The translations under genes were made by a program, and so were the position numbers. From the NCBI GenBank assembly GCA_963727775.1, contig CAVSHB010000001.1:1280001-1344000 (forward strand): a DNA stretch of 64,000 nt. The letters run 5' to 3'. This stretch comes from an uncultured Nitrospiraceae bacterium (GTDB lineage Bacteria > Nitrospirota > Thermodesulfovibrionia > Thermodesulfovibrionales > SM23-35). The notes below the pieces were generated by a model that worked only from the letters and a program-made list of their open reading frames with translations, was not told the origin of the DNA and made no database searches. Below are positions 1-9,354 of the stretch, piece by piece (within the stretch, counting starts at the first letter, position 1; each line of letters begins with the position of its first letter).

Positions 1-1
1 T

Positions 2-58
2 GTTACCTTCGGTGTAATTAACAAAGCGTCAAAGGTACCTGTTCTCGTAGTGAGATGA
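2..58 (+). CDS. 3' end of universal stress protein (partial, runs off window start)
   Basis: Manual translation VTFGVINKASKVPVLVVR-stop matches the USP C-terminal 'GSV...PVLVVR' signature. Confidence 0.7.
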   Translation, partial: VTFGVINKASKVPVLVVR

Positions 59-166
59 TATTTTTCAGTTGATATACGGGAGACTATTGGTCAACCAGTC
101 CGGATTTATGGCTCCTTTGATAGAGCACTTTCCGTATCGCCTTCAATAGGTAATTTTCGGAATTCA

Positions 167-1285
167 TTATTCAGAATTCATTGCAGTGTGTTTTAACACA
201 TCTTCAAATTGAATGGCGATATCATCCCATAAGAATTGAGCCGCGGATTCCCTGGCCCGTTTCCCTAATACCTCTCTTTTCTTAATGTCTGACAACAATA
301 GTCTCATTTTATCCGACAGCTCGGCGGCCGATCCGGAGGGGAAACTGATCCCGAATCCTTCGCGGCTTACAAAAGCGAGTTCGGGTATGTCACTTACGAT
401 TACCGGTTTTCCGCAAGCAGCAGACTCAAGAATACTTATGGGTGAAGATTCATGCCGGGACGGCAGGACGAATATTCGGGCCCTTGACAAGAGCCTCACC
501 TTTTCATCGCCCGTCACAAAACCTGCATAGTCTATTCGTTTTTTTACAGGAGAATTAGAATCGGATATAAGCTCCTGAAATTTGTCGAATTCGTAACCTG
601 CGAGGATGAGTTTTATTTCGGGAAACTCGGCGCCGATCTCCTCAAAGGCCCTTATAAGAAGATCGAGTCCCTTAGTGTAAATGTCTATCCGGCTTAAGAA
701 AAGAATGTAGTCTCCATCTATAGGTGTGACGTTCAAAAGATACTTATTTATACCATTTGGTATGACGCGACAAAGGTCTACCTTTCTTTTGACCCTGGGC
801 ATCACCTTCTCCTTTGTTATCTCTGAAACGAAGATAAATTTGTCGTAGAGCCGGGGATAGTATTTCTCGGCCACATACATCGGGATGGAATAGAACGGAT
901 TGAATTTCCTTAACGAATGTCTTTCCATCACACCCTGAATCTGCAATATCACGGGTGTCTTTGTCATAAATCTCGAGAAAAAAGGCGTTGATGGCAGGAA
1001 ATTTTCTACGATGATGTCGAACCTGTCACCATTCCTTCGCACATAATCCGCTACTTTTACCGTATAGGAAAAGACACTCTTTGTAAGGCTTTCGCATTCT
1101 GTTCCGATGAATATATGCCTTAGTCCTTCAATCTCGGAATCTCTTGCCCCAGGATATTTCATGCAAAGAAGCGTAATATCATGTCTATCCTTCAATCTCT
1201 TATAAATTTCATAGGCCCTTACACCTGCCCCTCCGGATCCGAATGGGCTTCCAAGACTTTCATAGATGAGCTGAAGGATTTTCAT
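167..1285 (-). CDS. GT4 family glycosyltransferase
   Basis: 372 aa; FLSRIDIYTKGLDLL and PSRHESSPISILESAACGKPVIVSDI GT-B/GT4 motifs. Confidence 0.9.
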   Translation of the reverse strand: MKILQLIYESLGSPFGSGGAGVRAYEIYKRLKDRHDITLLCMKYPGARDSEIEGLRHIFIGTECESLTKSVFSYTVKVADYVRRNGDRFDIIVENFLPSTPFFSRFMTKTPVILQIQGVMERHSLRKFNPFYSIPMYVAEKYYPRLYDKFIFVSEITKEKVMPRVKRKVDLCRVIPNGINKYLLNVTPIDGDYILFLSRIDIYTKGLDLLIRAFEEIGAEFPEIKLILAGYEFDKFQELISDSNSPVKKRIDYAGFVTGDEKVRLLSRARIFVLPSRHESSPISILESAACGKPVIVSDIPELAFVSREGFGISFPSGSAAELSDKMRLLLSDIKKREVLGKRARESAAQFLWDDIAIQFEDVLKHTAMNSE

Positions 1286-1433
1286 TTTCCAAATCGTAGA
1301 GAGGTGAACATTTTCTGCATACCAAATGCAGAGAAAGTGCTGATGTAAGGCAGTATCGGCACCCTGAATCTGGAGTATCCGACTATGCCGGGGATGAAAG
1401 AGAAGTAGACTATTGAGATTTTCTTGCCGTAAA

Positions 1434-2630
1434 TCACAAAGATTCCTTGCGAAGGTGGCGTGCGATTGCGGCTGCCGATCCGCCTGGAGGACGATAGAAC
1501 TGCCGCCGGATCACCTCGCGCCGCTTGTCGGCGTCAGGGTCGATGCCGCGCTCGATCCGGTCGAGAAACGATTTGAGACCCTGGATGCCGTCGGATCGTT
1601 CGACTACATCGCAGATCGCTTGACCCACTGGGTTCCACCCGGGATTGCCAGGGGCCTGCGTCAGCAGGAGCGGCTTCCCTGTGTATCCGAACTCTGCGAG
1701 AAACGATACCCCATCGGTCATCATAGCCCACGCTTGCTCGAATTGCTCGATGTGACTTGAATACGCCGGAAAACGCGTCGTCGCGGTGACGTTGCCATCG
1801 ACCGTAACGTTGTCGAGTTCCGCAGCCCTGGCGTGGAAGTGCAGTTCGTCCTGTTCGGTCCAGAGACCTTCGCTGCGAAGTTCGCTCCAGAGCAAAGGAT
1901 GCGGGCGAATGATGAATCGCATGTACGGTCGGTGCGCCGCCTCTTCGAGGACAGCCCGATATGAAGGAATGAAGGTCGAGTAACCGGCGGTCTTCTTATC
2001 TTCATCAGTCCAGTGAGTCGACCACCATGGACACCAGAGCACCGTAGGCACATCAGCGCGCCCCCGATCGATGTCCCAGTGATCGAGCGCTGGAGAGCCC
2101 GTGTGAATGATTCTTGACTTGTCAACTCCTGTGCATTCGTACTGCTGGGCACAATAGTCATTCTCCGCGTAGATGGCCTGGCATTCACGGAAGAAAGGAA
2201 GCTCGAACTGTGTCTCCGTCTCAGGGTAGATATTAAAGCCGTAGTTGATATAGTGAACCGGCAGACCGAGACGCCTGGGAGCCAGTGACTCGTGTCGCTG
2301 TTCGACATACTGCCTTGGCAAAAATACCGCCGCCGGACGAAGATCTCGGAGGCGGGTCGCCTCGGAATCTGCCGGAACAAAGCGCTCCGGCTCGAACCCG
2401 TGGGCCGCCAGCCACTCCCATACCCGGCTGGCAAGTACCAGATCGTAGTCGATCTCGGCGGAGGATGACCAGTGCCGCTCGGGAGTGACGACGATCTTTG
2501 TCGTCCAGCCAGCCTCACGAAGTGCGCAGACGACCGGCGCGACTATCTCGAAGGTTTCCATCCATTGCACCACGAAGGCCACGCAGTGTTCGGCTTCGCG
2601 TTTGAAACCACGTCTCCATTTCCATATCAT
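1434..2630 (-). CDS. CDP-glycerol glycerophosphotransferase (TagF)-like transferase; candidate CMP-phosphonate:glycan transferase
   Basis: 398 aa; TGSPALD, VLWCPWWS, IIRPHPLL and MTDGVSFLAEFGYTGKPLL resemble TagB/TagF-family motifs; last gene of the phosphonate operon. Confidence 0.65.
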   Translation of the reverse strand: MIWKWRRGFKREAEHCVAFVVQWMETFEIVAPVVCALREAGWTTKIVVTPERHWSSSAEIDYDLVLASRVWEWLAAHGFEPERFVPADSEATRLRDLRPAAVFLPRQYVEQRHESLAPRRLGLPVHYINYGFNIYPETETQFELPFFRECQAIYAENDYCAQQYECTGVDKSRIIHTGSPALDHWDIDRGRADVPTVLWCPWWSTHWTDEDKKTAGYSTFIPSYRAVLEEAAHRPYMRFIIRPHPLLWSELRSEGLWTEQDELHFHARAAELDNVTVDGNVTATTRFPAYSSHIEQFEQAWAMMTDGVSFLAEFGYTGKPLLLTQAPGNPGWNPVGQAICDVVERSDGIQGLKSFLDRIERGIDPDADKRREVIRRQFYRPPGGSAAAIARHLRKESL

Positions 2631-2639
2631 CTCGTTATC

Positions 2640-3338
2640 CTACCTTTTAACAAGAACAGCGCTGAAGCGGAATTTGCTTTGGATATAGTTCGGGATCTGC
2701 GAAGGAAAGATGCGACAGTCCACGTTGTGGGTTGCGGCAAGATCCAGAAACCAACCGCTTGGATAGTAGAGATGCTCCAGGCCTGCATAGCGTCGCTCGT
2801 ATTCATCAGCTTTGAACTTGTCGCGCCGCATCCTTTCAGCTGCGTCACGGCGACTCAGGTCGGGAATGTCGAGTACAGCGACGGCTCGCCTCGATTTGGC
2901 GATCATCAGGTCGAGCACCCGCCCGGCATAGTCAAGATCAGGGAAATAGTGGAAGACGCCGTTCGATATGACAAGATCGTAATAGGGAACCTGTGGCAGC
3001 TCTGCGGCTTCTAGGACTGCAAAGTCACCGGCAGGAAGGACCCTGCGCGTTACATCTATCAAGGCGGATGAGTAATCGCAGCCACCGATCCAAATTTCGA
3101 TCTGCTCCCGGAGCGCATACAGGAAGGCTCCTGCGCCGCAGCCGACTTCGTAGACTGAGCTGCCTGTGGTAATCCCAAGAATTTCCGATATTGTTCGAGC
3201 ATAAGATCGCATATTGTCGGGCGTGATCTGGGACACAGCGGTGTCGTAACCGTCGAGATCGAGCAGATCCCGAAGCCCAACGGTTTTGTCATCCGGCGGC
3301 TTGCGCTGGTTCCAAACCCCTTGCCAACGCGAATTCAT
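2640..3338 (-). CDS. Class I SAM-dependent methyltransferase (candidate AEP N-methyltransferase)
   Basis: 232 aa; VYEVGCGAGAF motif I, GCDYSSALI, DLVISNGVFHYF; ATGA-coupled to the upstream cytidylyltransferase. Confidence 0.8.
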   Translation of the reverse strand: MNSRWQGVWNQRKPPDDKTVGLRDLLDLDGYDTAVSQITPDNMRSYARTISEILGITTGSSVYEVGCGAGAFLYALREQIEIWIGGCDYSSALIDVTRRVLPAGDFAVLEAAELPQVPYYDLVISNGVFHYFPDLDYAGRVLDLMIAKSRRAVAVLDIPDLSRRDAAERMRRDKFKADEYERRYAGLEHLYYPSGWFLDLAATHNVDCRIFPSQIPNYIQSKFRFSAVLVKR

Positions 3339-4102
3339 GAGCCAGCCCTATGGTCTGATTTACTCTCTCGGACAAGGATGTCTGGGTATACCGTGTTTCT
3401 GACATGTAATAGATGTGCCTCATTGTCGATCTCCGACCAGGCGAGGTCATCAACGAGATGGCAGTAAACGGGGACGAGCTTGCCAACGGCTACAAGAGCG
3501 TCCTCGTATTCGAGTTTCAGCGTTGTTTTGAACACCTCATCCGCATATCGCTTCATCGCGCGGAAACAACCGAGAGACAGTTTGGTGATGCCGACCATTT
3601 CTCCGATAACCAACAAACCCAGGCGGGTGCGGTCCTTGGCCATCGCACGGAGCCGCCGATCGTCCGACACCTCGACATAGACCTCATCGCCCGATCCGGT
3701 AGGCCTGGACACGAGCATCACGTCCGATTCCGGATGGCCGAGCACTTCTACCAATGCGCGGCGCTCGTAAACGAGATCCGATTCCAAAAGCAGGAAGTCG
3801 GCTTCGATCCGTTCGATGACCAACGAAAGCGAATACATACTGCCGGACTTTGCGAAGAGGGGATTAGGAACGAGCGTTATCAGGTCAGGATAGCGCGCGG
3901 CAAGCCCCATGTAGTGATGAGGGAGGTGTCCGGTCACGATGATCATATGGCGGATTCCGCTCGCCGCCAGGCGGATCACAGACTCCTCCACGATCGGCAT
4001 CGTCCCGATTTCGATGAAACCTTTCGGCCGCTTTAACCCGGCCTCCTTCATCCGCAGGCCGCGGCCGGCGGCGAGAATGACGGCGGTATTCACGTTTTCC
4101 AT
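3335..4102 (-). CDS. LicC-like phosphocholine/phosphonate cytidylyltransferase
   Basis: 255 aa; AVILAAGRGLRM..PKG, SGSMYSL, LLESDLVYE, GSGDEVYV, GEMVGITK, WSEIDNEAHL. Confidence 0.85.
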   Translation of the reverse strand: MENVNTAVILAAGRGLRMKEAGLKRPKGFIEIGTMPIVEESVIRLAASGIRHMIIVTGHLPHHYMGLAARYPDLITLVPNPLFAKSGSMYSLSLVIERIEADFLLLESDLVYERRALVEVLGHPESDVMLVSRPTGSGDEVYVEVSDDRRLRAMAKDRTRLGLLVIGEMVGITKLSLGCFRAMKRYADEVFKTTLKLEYEDALVAVGKLVPVYCHLVDDLAWSEIDNEAHLLHVRNTVYPDILVRESKSDHRAGS

Positions 4103-5187
4103 CAGCCGCGCGCTCCGCAGAACACCGACTGAAGTATGCGGATCAGGCGGTCAAGATCGTTGTCACTGATAGCGCCCATGTTGGCGATGCGGAAGATCGT
4201 CTTCCGGAAATCCATCTGACCGGCGTAGATTACAAAGCCTCCCGCCTTCAGCTTATCGTGGATGCGTTTGTAGCTGTCGCTGGCCGGCAGCCGGAAGGCC
4301 GACATGACCGCGGAGGTATCTTTCTCCGGTAGGAGTGCTTCGACACCGAGCGTTTCCAGAGTCGAGCGCACCGTCCGAGAAATGAATCGGTATCGCTCCC
4401 GTCGGGTCCACCAGCCACCTGCTTCGGCGAATTCGTGCAACGCCTCCTGCAGTGCGAAACAGACGTGGACAGGCATGGTGAACGGCGACCATCCTGTGGT
4501 CTGTTCGGCGTAATAACGCTCCAGATCAAGATATAGTGACGTCGCGTGACCGGTGCTTCGGTCAAGCTGTTGGCGCTCGGCCAGTACGAAAGACAGCCCG
4601 GGAACACCGTGCAGGCACTTGTTTGCAGACGATGCAACAGCCAGCGGCTGCCATTCATCGAAGCGCAGTTCCTCGCCGCCAAAGCTGCTGACAGCATCGA
4701 CCAATAGACCCACGCCACGCTCCCGGCAGACGCCGGCAAGTTCATCAAGCCGGTTAAGCCTGCCTGTGGTGGTCTCGTGATGGACGATTGCCACGCACGC
4801 GATGGAGGAATCGGCGTCCAATGCCGCGACGACACGATCGCCGTCGACGGCCTCCGTCCATGCGGACCGAACGGCAATAGACGGCTTTCCCTGACGCTCC
4901 AGCATCAATGTCATCCGCTCCCCGTAGACACCGTTGGAGGCGACAAGAGTCGGACGCCCGCGTGGCGCGAAGGTGGAGAGCATCGCTTCTACGGCGGCGG
5001 TTCCGGATCCAGTGAGTAGTACGGCAGCATGGGTGCGCCTTACCTCCGGATAGACGGTCTCCAGCCGCTGCCTGATATCGAGGAACAATGCGGCGAATTC
5101 CGGCTCGCGATGGCATATATCCCCGCGCAGGAGTGCATTACGCACGCGCGGTGTCAACGTTACAGGACCCGGATTGAGGAGTATCAC
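4102..5187 (-). CDS. aepZ: 2-aminoethylphosphonate aminotransferase (PhnW/AepZ-like, PLP class V)
   Basis: 361 aa; LLNPGPV, GSGTAAVEA, NGVYGERM, HHETTTGRLN, DAVSSFG, SSANKCLHGVPG (PLP lysine). Confidence 0.9.
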   Translation of the reverse strand: MILLNPGPVTLTPRVRNALLRGDICHREPEFAALFLDIRQRLETVYPEVRRTHAAVLLTGSGTAAVEAMLSTFAPRGRPTLVASNGVYGERMTLMLERQGKPSIAVRSAWTEAVDGDRVVAALDADSSIACVAIVHHETTTGRLNRLDELAGVCRERGVGLLVDAVSSFGGEELRFDEWQPLAVASSANKCLHGVPGLSFVLAERQQLDRSTGHATSLYLDLERYYAEQTTGWSPFTMPVHVCFALQEALHEFAEAGGWWTRRERYRFISRTVRSTLETLGVEALLPEKDTSAVMSAFRLPASDSYKRIHDKLKAGGFVIYAGQMDFRKTIFRIANMGAISDNDLDRLIRILQSVFCGARG

Positions 5188-6341
5188 AAACGGTTCCCTC
5201 CGATATTGCGGACGTGGGCTCGAAATCGCTCCGTTGCCTGTGGGGGCTCCAATTTAGGACGGGGCAGGCCGGGGATCACGCCGGGTGTGATCATGGCTCG
5301 AATGAAAGTCAATCCACGCGCTCCTCCCTTGAGTAGGCGGAGAAACTCGCCCGGGTCGGCAAGGACGTGCGCGTCAGCGTAGCCGCAATTGAGGGCGATA
5401 CCAACAAGATCGACCGACCGCGAGACGGTAGACTGGCCTCCGGTCGACTCGTGCATGCTGTTGTCGAGCACGATGTGCACCAGATTGGAAGGCCGCTGAT
5501 AGCCGATCGCGGCCAATGCTCCTAAGCGCATCAGTGCAGCACCGTCACCATCGAGCACGATCACCCGTAGATCCGGGCGCTGAAGCGCCAGTCCGAGAGC
5601 GACGCTCGAAGCGCAGCCCATGGCTCCGACCAGGGAGAGCTGATGCGTACGGTCCGCCGAGGCGTAGAGTTCGCGTCCGGTATAGCCGGTCGTTGCTATC
5701 ACTACGTCGCGGTCGCCGACAGCCGCCTGGACGGCGGCAAGCATGTCGGCCCGGCTGGCGTTTATACGGTCAACTACGGGAGAGCAGGAACGGTTACCGC
5801 CAGTCGGCTTAACCTCCAAAAGCGGAGGGGCCGGTACGGGTGCCACCGAGTCTTTGCGCATGACGAGGCAATAGGGGATCCGCTCGGTCTCCATCCATGA
5901 GAGCGCGCGTCCGAAACACGGTTCGACATCCTCATCACGGATCGGGAAATACTCCCATCGGATCTCCATAAGGTCGAGAAGGCGAGTCGTGATCGATCCC
6001 ATGAGCCCGTGCTGTGGCTCATCTGGCGGTCCGCCGGGATCTCCCCGCAGCGTGGTGATCAGGAGCAAGGGTATCCGGTGGGTATTGGCAAGTGAGGTCA
6101 GCGGATTGACCGCATTTCCGAGGCCGGAGTTCTGAAACATCGCCACCGCACGGCCGCCGCCAATCTCTACCCCGGCGGCTATGGATACTGCATCGCCCTC
6201 GTTGCACGCCGGGACATAGCGCGTCGAGCTGTCGGTGATGACGTAATTGATGAAGGGCTGGAGGTAGGAGCAGGGCACGCCGCTCCACAGCACAAAGCTA
6301 TGGCGCCGAGCCGCTTCGACAAAGACCTGAGCACGGAGCAT
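5184..6341 (-). CDS. aepY: Phosphonopyruvate decarboxylase
   Basis: 385 aa; GVPCSYL, QNSGLGNAVNPLTSL, DEPQH, GAMGCASS, DGDGAALMRLG (ThDP motif), HESTGGQ. Confidence 0.93.
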   Translation of the reverse strand: MLRAQVFVEAARRHSFVLWSGVPCSYLQPFINYVITDSSTRYVPACNEGDAVSIAAGVEIGGGRAVAMFQNSGLGNAVNPLTSLANTHRIPLLLITTLRGDPGGPPDEPQHGLMGSITTRLLDLMEIRWEYFPIRDEDVEPCFGRALSWMETERIPYCLVMRKDSVAPVPAPPLLEVKPTGGNRSCSPVVDRINASRADMLAAVQAAVGDRDVVIATTGYTGRELYASADRTHQLSLVGAMGCASSVALGLALQRPDLRVIVLDGDGAALMRLGALAAIGYQRPSNLVHIVLDNSMHESTGGQSTVSRSVDLVGIALNCGYADAHVLADPGEFLRLLKGGARGLTFIRAMITPGVIPGLPRPKLEPPQATERFRAHVRNIGGNRL

Positions 6342-7957
6342 CAGAAGATCCCCGCGTTGATAACGTCATCGAGGCTATCCACGTCGCACCAATTGCCGCT
6401 GGTGTAAACGGCGCGGACCGGGGAGCCGCTGGCGATTAGCTCGTCGATGAGCCGGGGCATGGTCGCCATTCTATTGAGCGGCTTTGACAAAATGGCATCG
6501 AGAACCTTGACGATTTTGGGCAGGGCCTGCACGCCGATCCTGAGGAAGCCTATCCACTCGCCGTCGATTTCACCCGGGTCGATATCAGGAGAGATCCGCT
6601 CGATGAAGACGGGGCGGTTGTAGTGTTGGCGTGAATAGGGCAGTGAACACTTGGCATAGTCGGCGGTGCGTCCACGGTTGGCGCTTTCTCGCCATTGAGT
6701 GTCTATAGCTACGACCAGATCGCCCTCTGCCTCAATCAGGAGGTCGATGATGTATTTGCGGAAGATCACGTCGCCATAGGACACTATCACTCCGCCCTCG
6801 CTTTCGACGCGAGTCGTGATTCCCTTGCTGAGTGAGACGAGCTCGCCGGTAGTCTCATAGTCGTCATTATCGACACAGGTGACCCCGGGAATAGCGATCT
6901 TGTCTTTCTTGTACCCGCGGACAACGACAATTTCCCTGACACCTGCCATGTTGTAAGCCGATACTATGTGGTGCAAAAGCGGCGTACCGCCAATCCGGAC
7001 CATTGTTTTCGGACGGTCGCGAGTTAACTCGCCCAATTCTTCGCCGCGGCCCGCGGCGAGCACGATGGCCGCCGGTATGGTATCGGCGCGCGGCAGGTAG
7101 CGCTGTTCCGCATCCCGGAGAGCTGTCGCTCCCTGGAGGCGAAAGACATCGGCAACCGTGGCGATCTCGTCCTCGATGCGGACGACGGAACGGTCCTCCT
7201 TGATCCTACCTGCGACCTTGGCCATCGCAGCTATCGCGCCGCGGAGAAGATGGTTTGCCCATATGACTAGCGAAAAACCGTACTCCTGAAAGACCTCAGT
7301 CGGTGTCGAATAGTATTTTGTCGGGACGATAACAACAGGACTTCGATCTCCCCATTCGCGCTTGAACGTCAGCACCTCCTCGGGATCCGACAAGGCGCTG
7401 TGGATGAGGATGGCGTCGGCGCCTGCCCGATGATAGGCTTCTGCACGACGCAGTGCCTCGCTAAGCCCCCAGCCGGCAATAAAGGCCTCGACGCGGGCGA
7501 TGAGGCAGAAATCCGGGTCCGACTGGGCGTCCTTGCCGGCTTTGATCTTGCCGCAGAACTCATCAATTTCGGCGAGTGGCTGGCGGCGCCCTTCGATGAA
7601 GCTATTAGTCTTAGGGAACATCTTGTCCTCGATGCAGAGCGCTGCGATCGACCGTTGCTCAAGCTTCCGGACGAGACGCTGGACGTTGTTGAAATTGCCG
7701 AAGCCCGTGTCACCGTCCATCATGATCGGAAGGGTAGTGGCATCCGCCATGAACTCGAGGACATCGAGGACCTGTGTCCAACTTGCCTCATTGTTGTCAC
7801 GGACGCCGAGCTGGCTGGAGATCGTCAAACCGCTGCCCCAAACGCCTGGGAAACCCGCCTCCTCGACGATCTTGGCGCTCAGGCCATTGTGTGCCTCGCA
7901 GATGAATTCAAGATCTTTCGAACAAAGAAGCTGCTTGAATCGCGTGGTCTTGTTCAT
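6341..7957 (-). CDS. aepX: Phosphoenolpyruvate mutase fused to a C-terminal nucleotidyltransferase
   Basis: 538 aa; diagnostic Pep[11 protein letters not shown] (EDK-x5-NS) motif, [14 protein letters not shown]-terminal [13 protein letters not shown]-transferase domain. Confidence 0.95.
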   Translation of the reverse strand: MNKTTRFKQLLCSKDLEFICEAHNGLSAKIVEEAGFPGVWGSGLTISSQLGVRDNNEASWTQVLDVLEFMADATTLPIMMDGDTGFGNFNNVQRLVRKLEQRSIAALCIEDKMFPKTNSFIEGRRQPLAEIDEFCGKIKAGKDAQSDPDFCLIARVEAFIAGWGLSEALRRAEAYHRAGADAILIHSALSDPEEVLTFKREWGDRSPVVIVPTKYYSTPTEVFQEYGFSLVIWANHLLRGAIAAMAKVAGRIKEDRSVVRIEDEIATVADVFRLQGATALRDAEQRYLPRADTIPAAIVLAAGRGEELGELTRDRPKTMVRIGGTPLLHHIVSAYNMAGVREIVVVRGYKKDKIAIPGVTCVDNDDYETTGELVSLSKGITTRVESEGGVIVSYGDVIFRKYIIDLLIEAEGDLVVAIDTQWRESANRGRTADYAKCSLPYSRQHYNRPVFIERISPDIDPGEIDGEWIGFLRIGVQALPKIVKVLDAILSKPLNRMATMPRLIDELIASGSPVRAVYTSGNWCDVDSLDDVINAGIF

Positions 7958-8177
7958 CGGCGTCGGGGCAAGACTGACACTGATAAAAACTTGCTTTTCA
8001 ATACTATTAAGTTTACCACAATGAAGGTGACGTGTTCAATTATCCTGTCATCCTTCATTATCCTGCATAAAGATAAGTCTGTACAGCATTCCGCCATGTC
8101 TCCTCATGCCGCCCTCGTATATATCCTTTTTCCACATACAGCCTGTCATCAATGCTGCCATAGCTATCCATATACCC

Positions 8178-9335
8178 TCATTGTTTTAACCGTTCGAAGG
8201 TCTTCGGGTAAGCCCGCCCCCTTCTTGTGTGCCGGGGTAATATTTTTTCATCGATAAAGCAGAAGCACTTATGCATGACCTTCCAGATCAGACTGCCCTC
8301 TATTTCTTTTAATCTGGACATCGCGGCTCTTCCTCCGTATTCTATCTCTGTGTTATAAATATCGAACTCACCCGTCAACCGGATAAAATCCCCGCAGGTA
8401 AATCCTAATTTTTGTTCAATTTTTTGAGCAGTTGCAGCATTACCCAGTAGATCAAACAATACGCCGACGGCAAAGCGATGATGTACCGGAGAATTTGTTT
8501 CGAGCGCCAGTATCGCAATGAAAAAAGGAATAAGATCATCCTCAAGGGTTTCTTTGTATTTCTTGAGTGCAGGAAATATCCTGCATAACTCATCGGTCGA
8601 TCTTATTGAAAAGAAATTTCTTAAGACTTGTTCCTTTTCCCATAGGTTTCTTATCCTGCTGTCCACCCTGTCTCCGTTTGCATTGACGCCTCCCGGCAGT
8701 TTTCTAAACTTGATCAGCTTTTCAGGTAATATATGGATTTCATATTTCATGCAAAGCTTAATCCATAAATCAAGGTCGGGCAATTGCGCAAATCTTGCAT
8801 CATAGTAACCAATGTCCTCGAAACATTTCTTGCGAAGCATACTGCTCGTACGACAAATACAATTGCCTTCATAAAAAAAATAATTAAGCCATTGATGACG
8901 TGTCCTATTAGGCTGGATGAAGATGTTGTAAAAAGAATCATTAACATCCGGCAAATTGCTCCCGGTTTCATTGATAATATGCGCATAAGCAAAAACCGCA
9001 CCTATATCCAGATGCTCATCTAAAAAGCGAACCTGCTTTTCAAGTTTGTCAGGCAAGAAAAGATCATCGGAACTTAAAGCGGCCAAATACTCTCCGCGCG
9101 CATGTTTAAAACATTTATTAGCGGCAAGAGAAACACCCTGGGTTTTTTCGATGGTAAAGAGCTTTATCCTAGGGTCAGTAAACTCCTTAATCTTGCCGAG
9201 AGTCCCATCTACCGAAGCGTCATCTGCGATTATTATTTCAAAATCCTGATATGTCTGATCTAAAACGCTCTGTATCGCTTCGGTTACGTATTTTTCATCA
9301 TTATATGAAGTAATTACTACACTGACTCTCGGCAT
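8178..9335 (-). CDS. GT2 family glycosyltransferase
   Basis: 385 aa; VSVVITSYN, IIADDASVD, LSSDD, DLDLWIKL. Confidence 0.9.
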   Translation of the reverse strand: MPRVSVVITSYNDEKYVTEAIQSVLDQTYQDFEIIIADDASVDGTLGKIKEFTDPRIKLFTIEKTQGVSLAANKCFKHARGEYLAALSSDDLFLPDKLEKQVRFLDEHLDIGAVFAYAHIINETGSNLPDVNDSFYNIFIQPNRTRHQWLNYFFYEGNCICRTSSMLRKKCFEDIGYYDARFAQLPDLDLWIKLCMKYEIHILPEKLIKFRKLPGGVNANGDRVDSRIRNLWEKEQVLRNFFSIRSTDELCRIFPALKKYKETLEDDLIPFFIAILALETNSPVHHRFAVGVLFDLLGNAATAQKIEQKLGFTCGDFIRLTGEFDIYNTEIEYGGRAAMSRLKEIEGSLIWKVMHKCFCFIDEKILPRHTRRGRAYPKTFERLKQ

Positions 9336-9354
9336 GTTTATTAACTCCCGATGT

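Noticed and set aside
4102..5187. Catabolic phnW for AEP degradation
   Set aside because: It is coupled to pepM and ppd with no phnX/phnA or phosphonate transporter, so the biosynthetic direction is more plausible
1434..7957. Phosphonate antibiotic (small-molecule) gene cluster
   Set aside because: No NRPS, ATP-grasp ligase, dedicated exporter or resistance gene; cytidylyltransferases, a TagF-like transferase and the glycan-locus context point to surface decoration
1413..8257. Many long alternative-frame or antisense ORFs (e.g. 1721..2518, 3413..4036, 4248..4877, 7400..8257)
   Set aside because: Shadow ORFs expected in GC-rich coding DNA; no recognisable motifs, and they overlap well-supported genes
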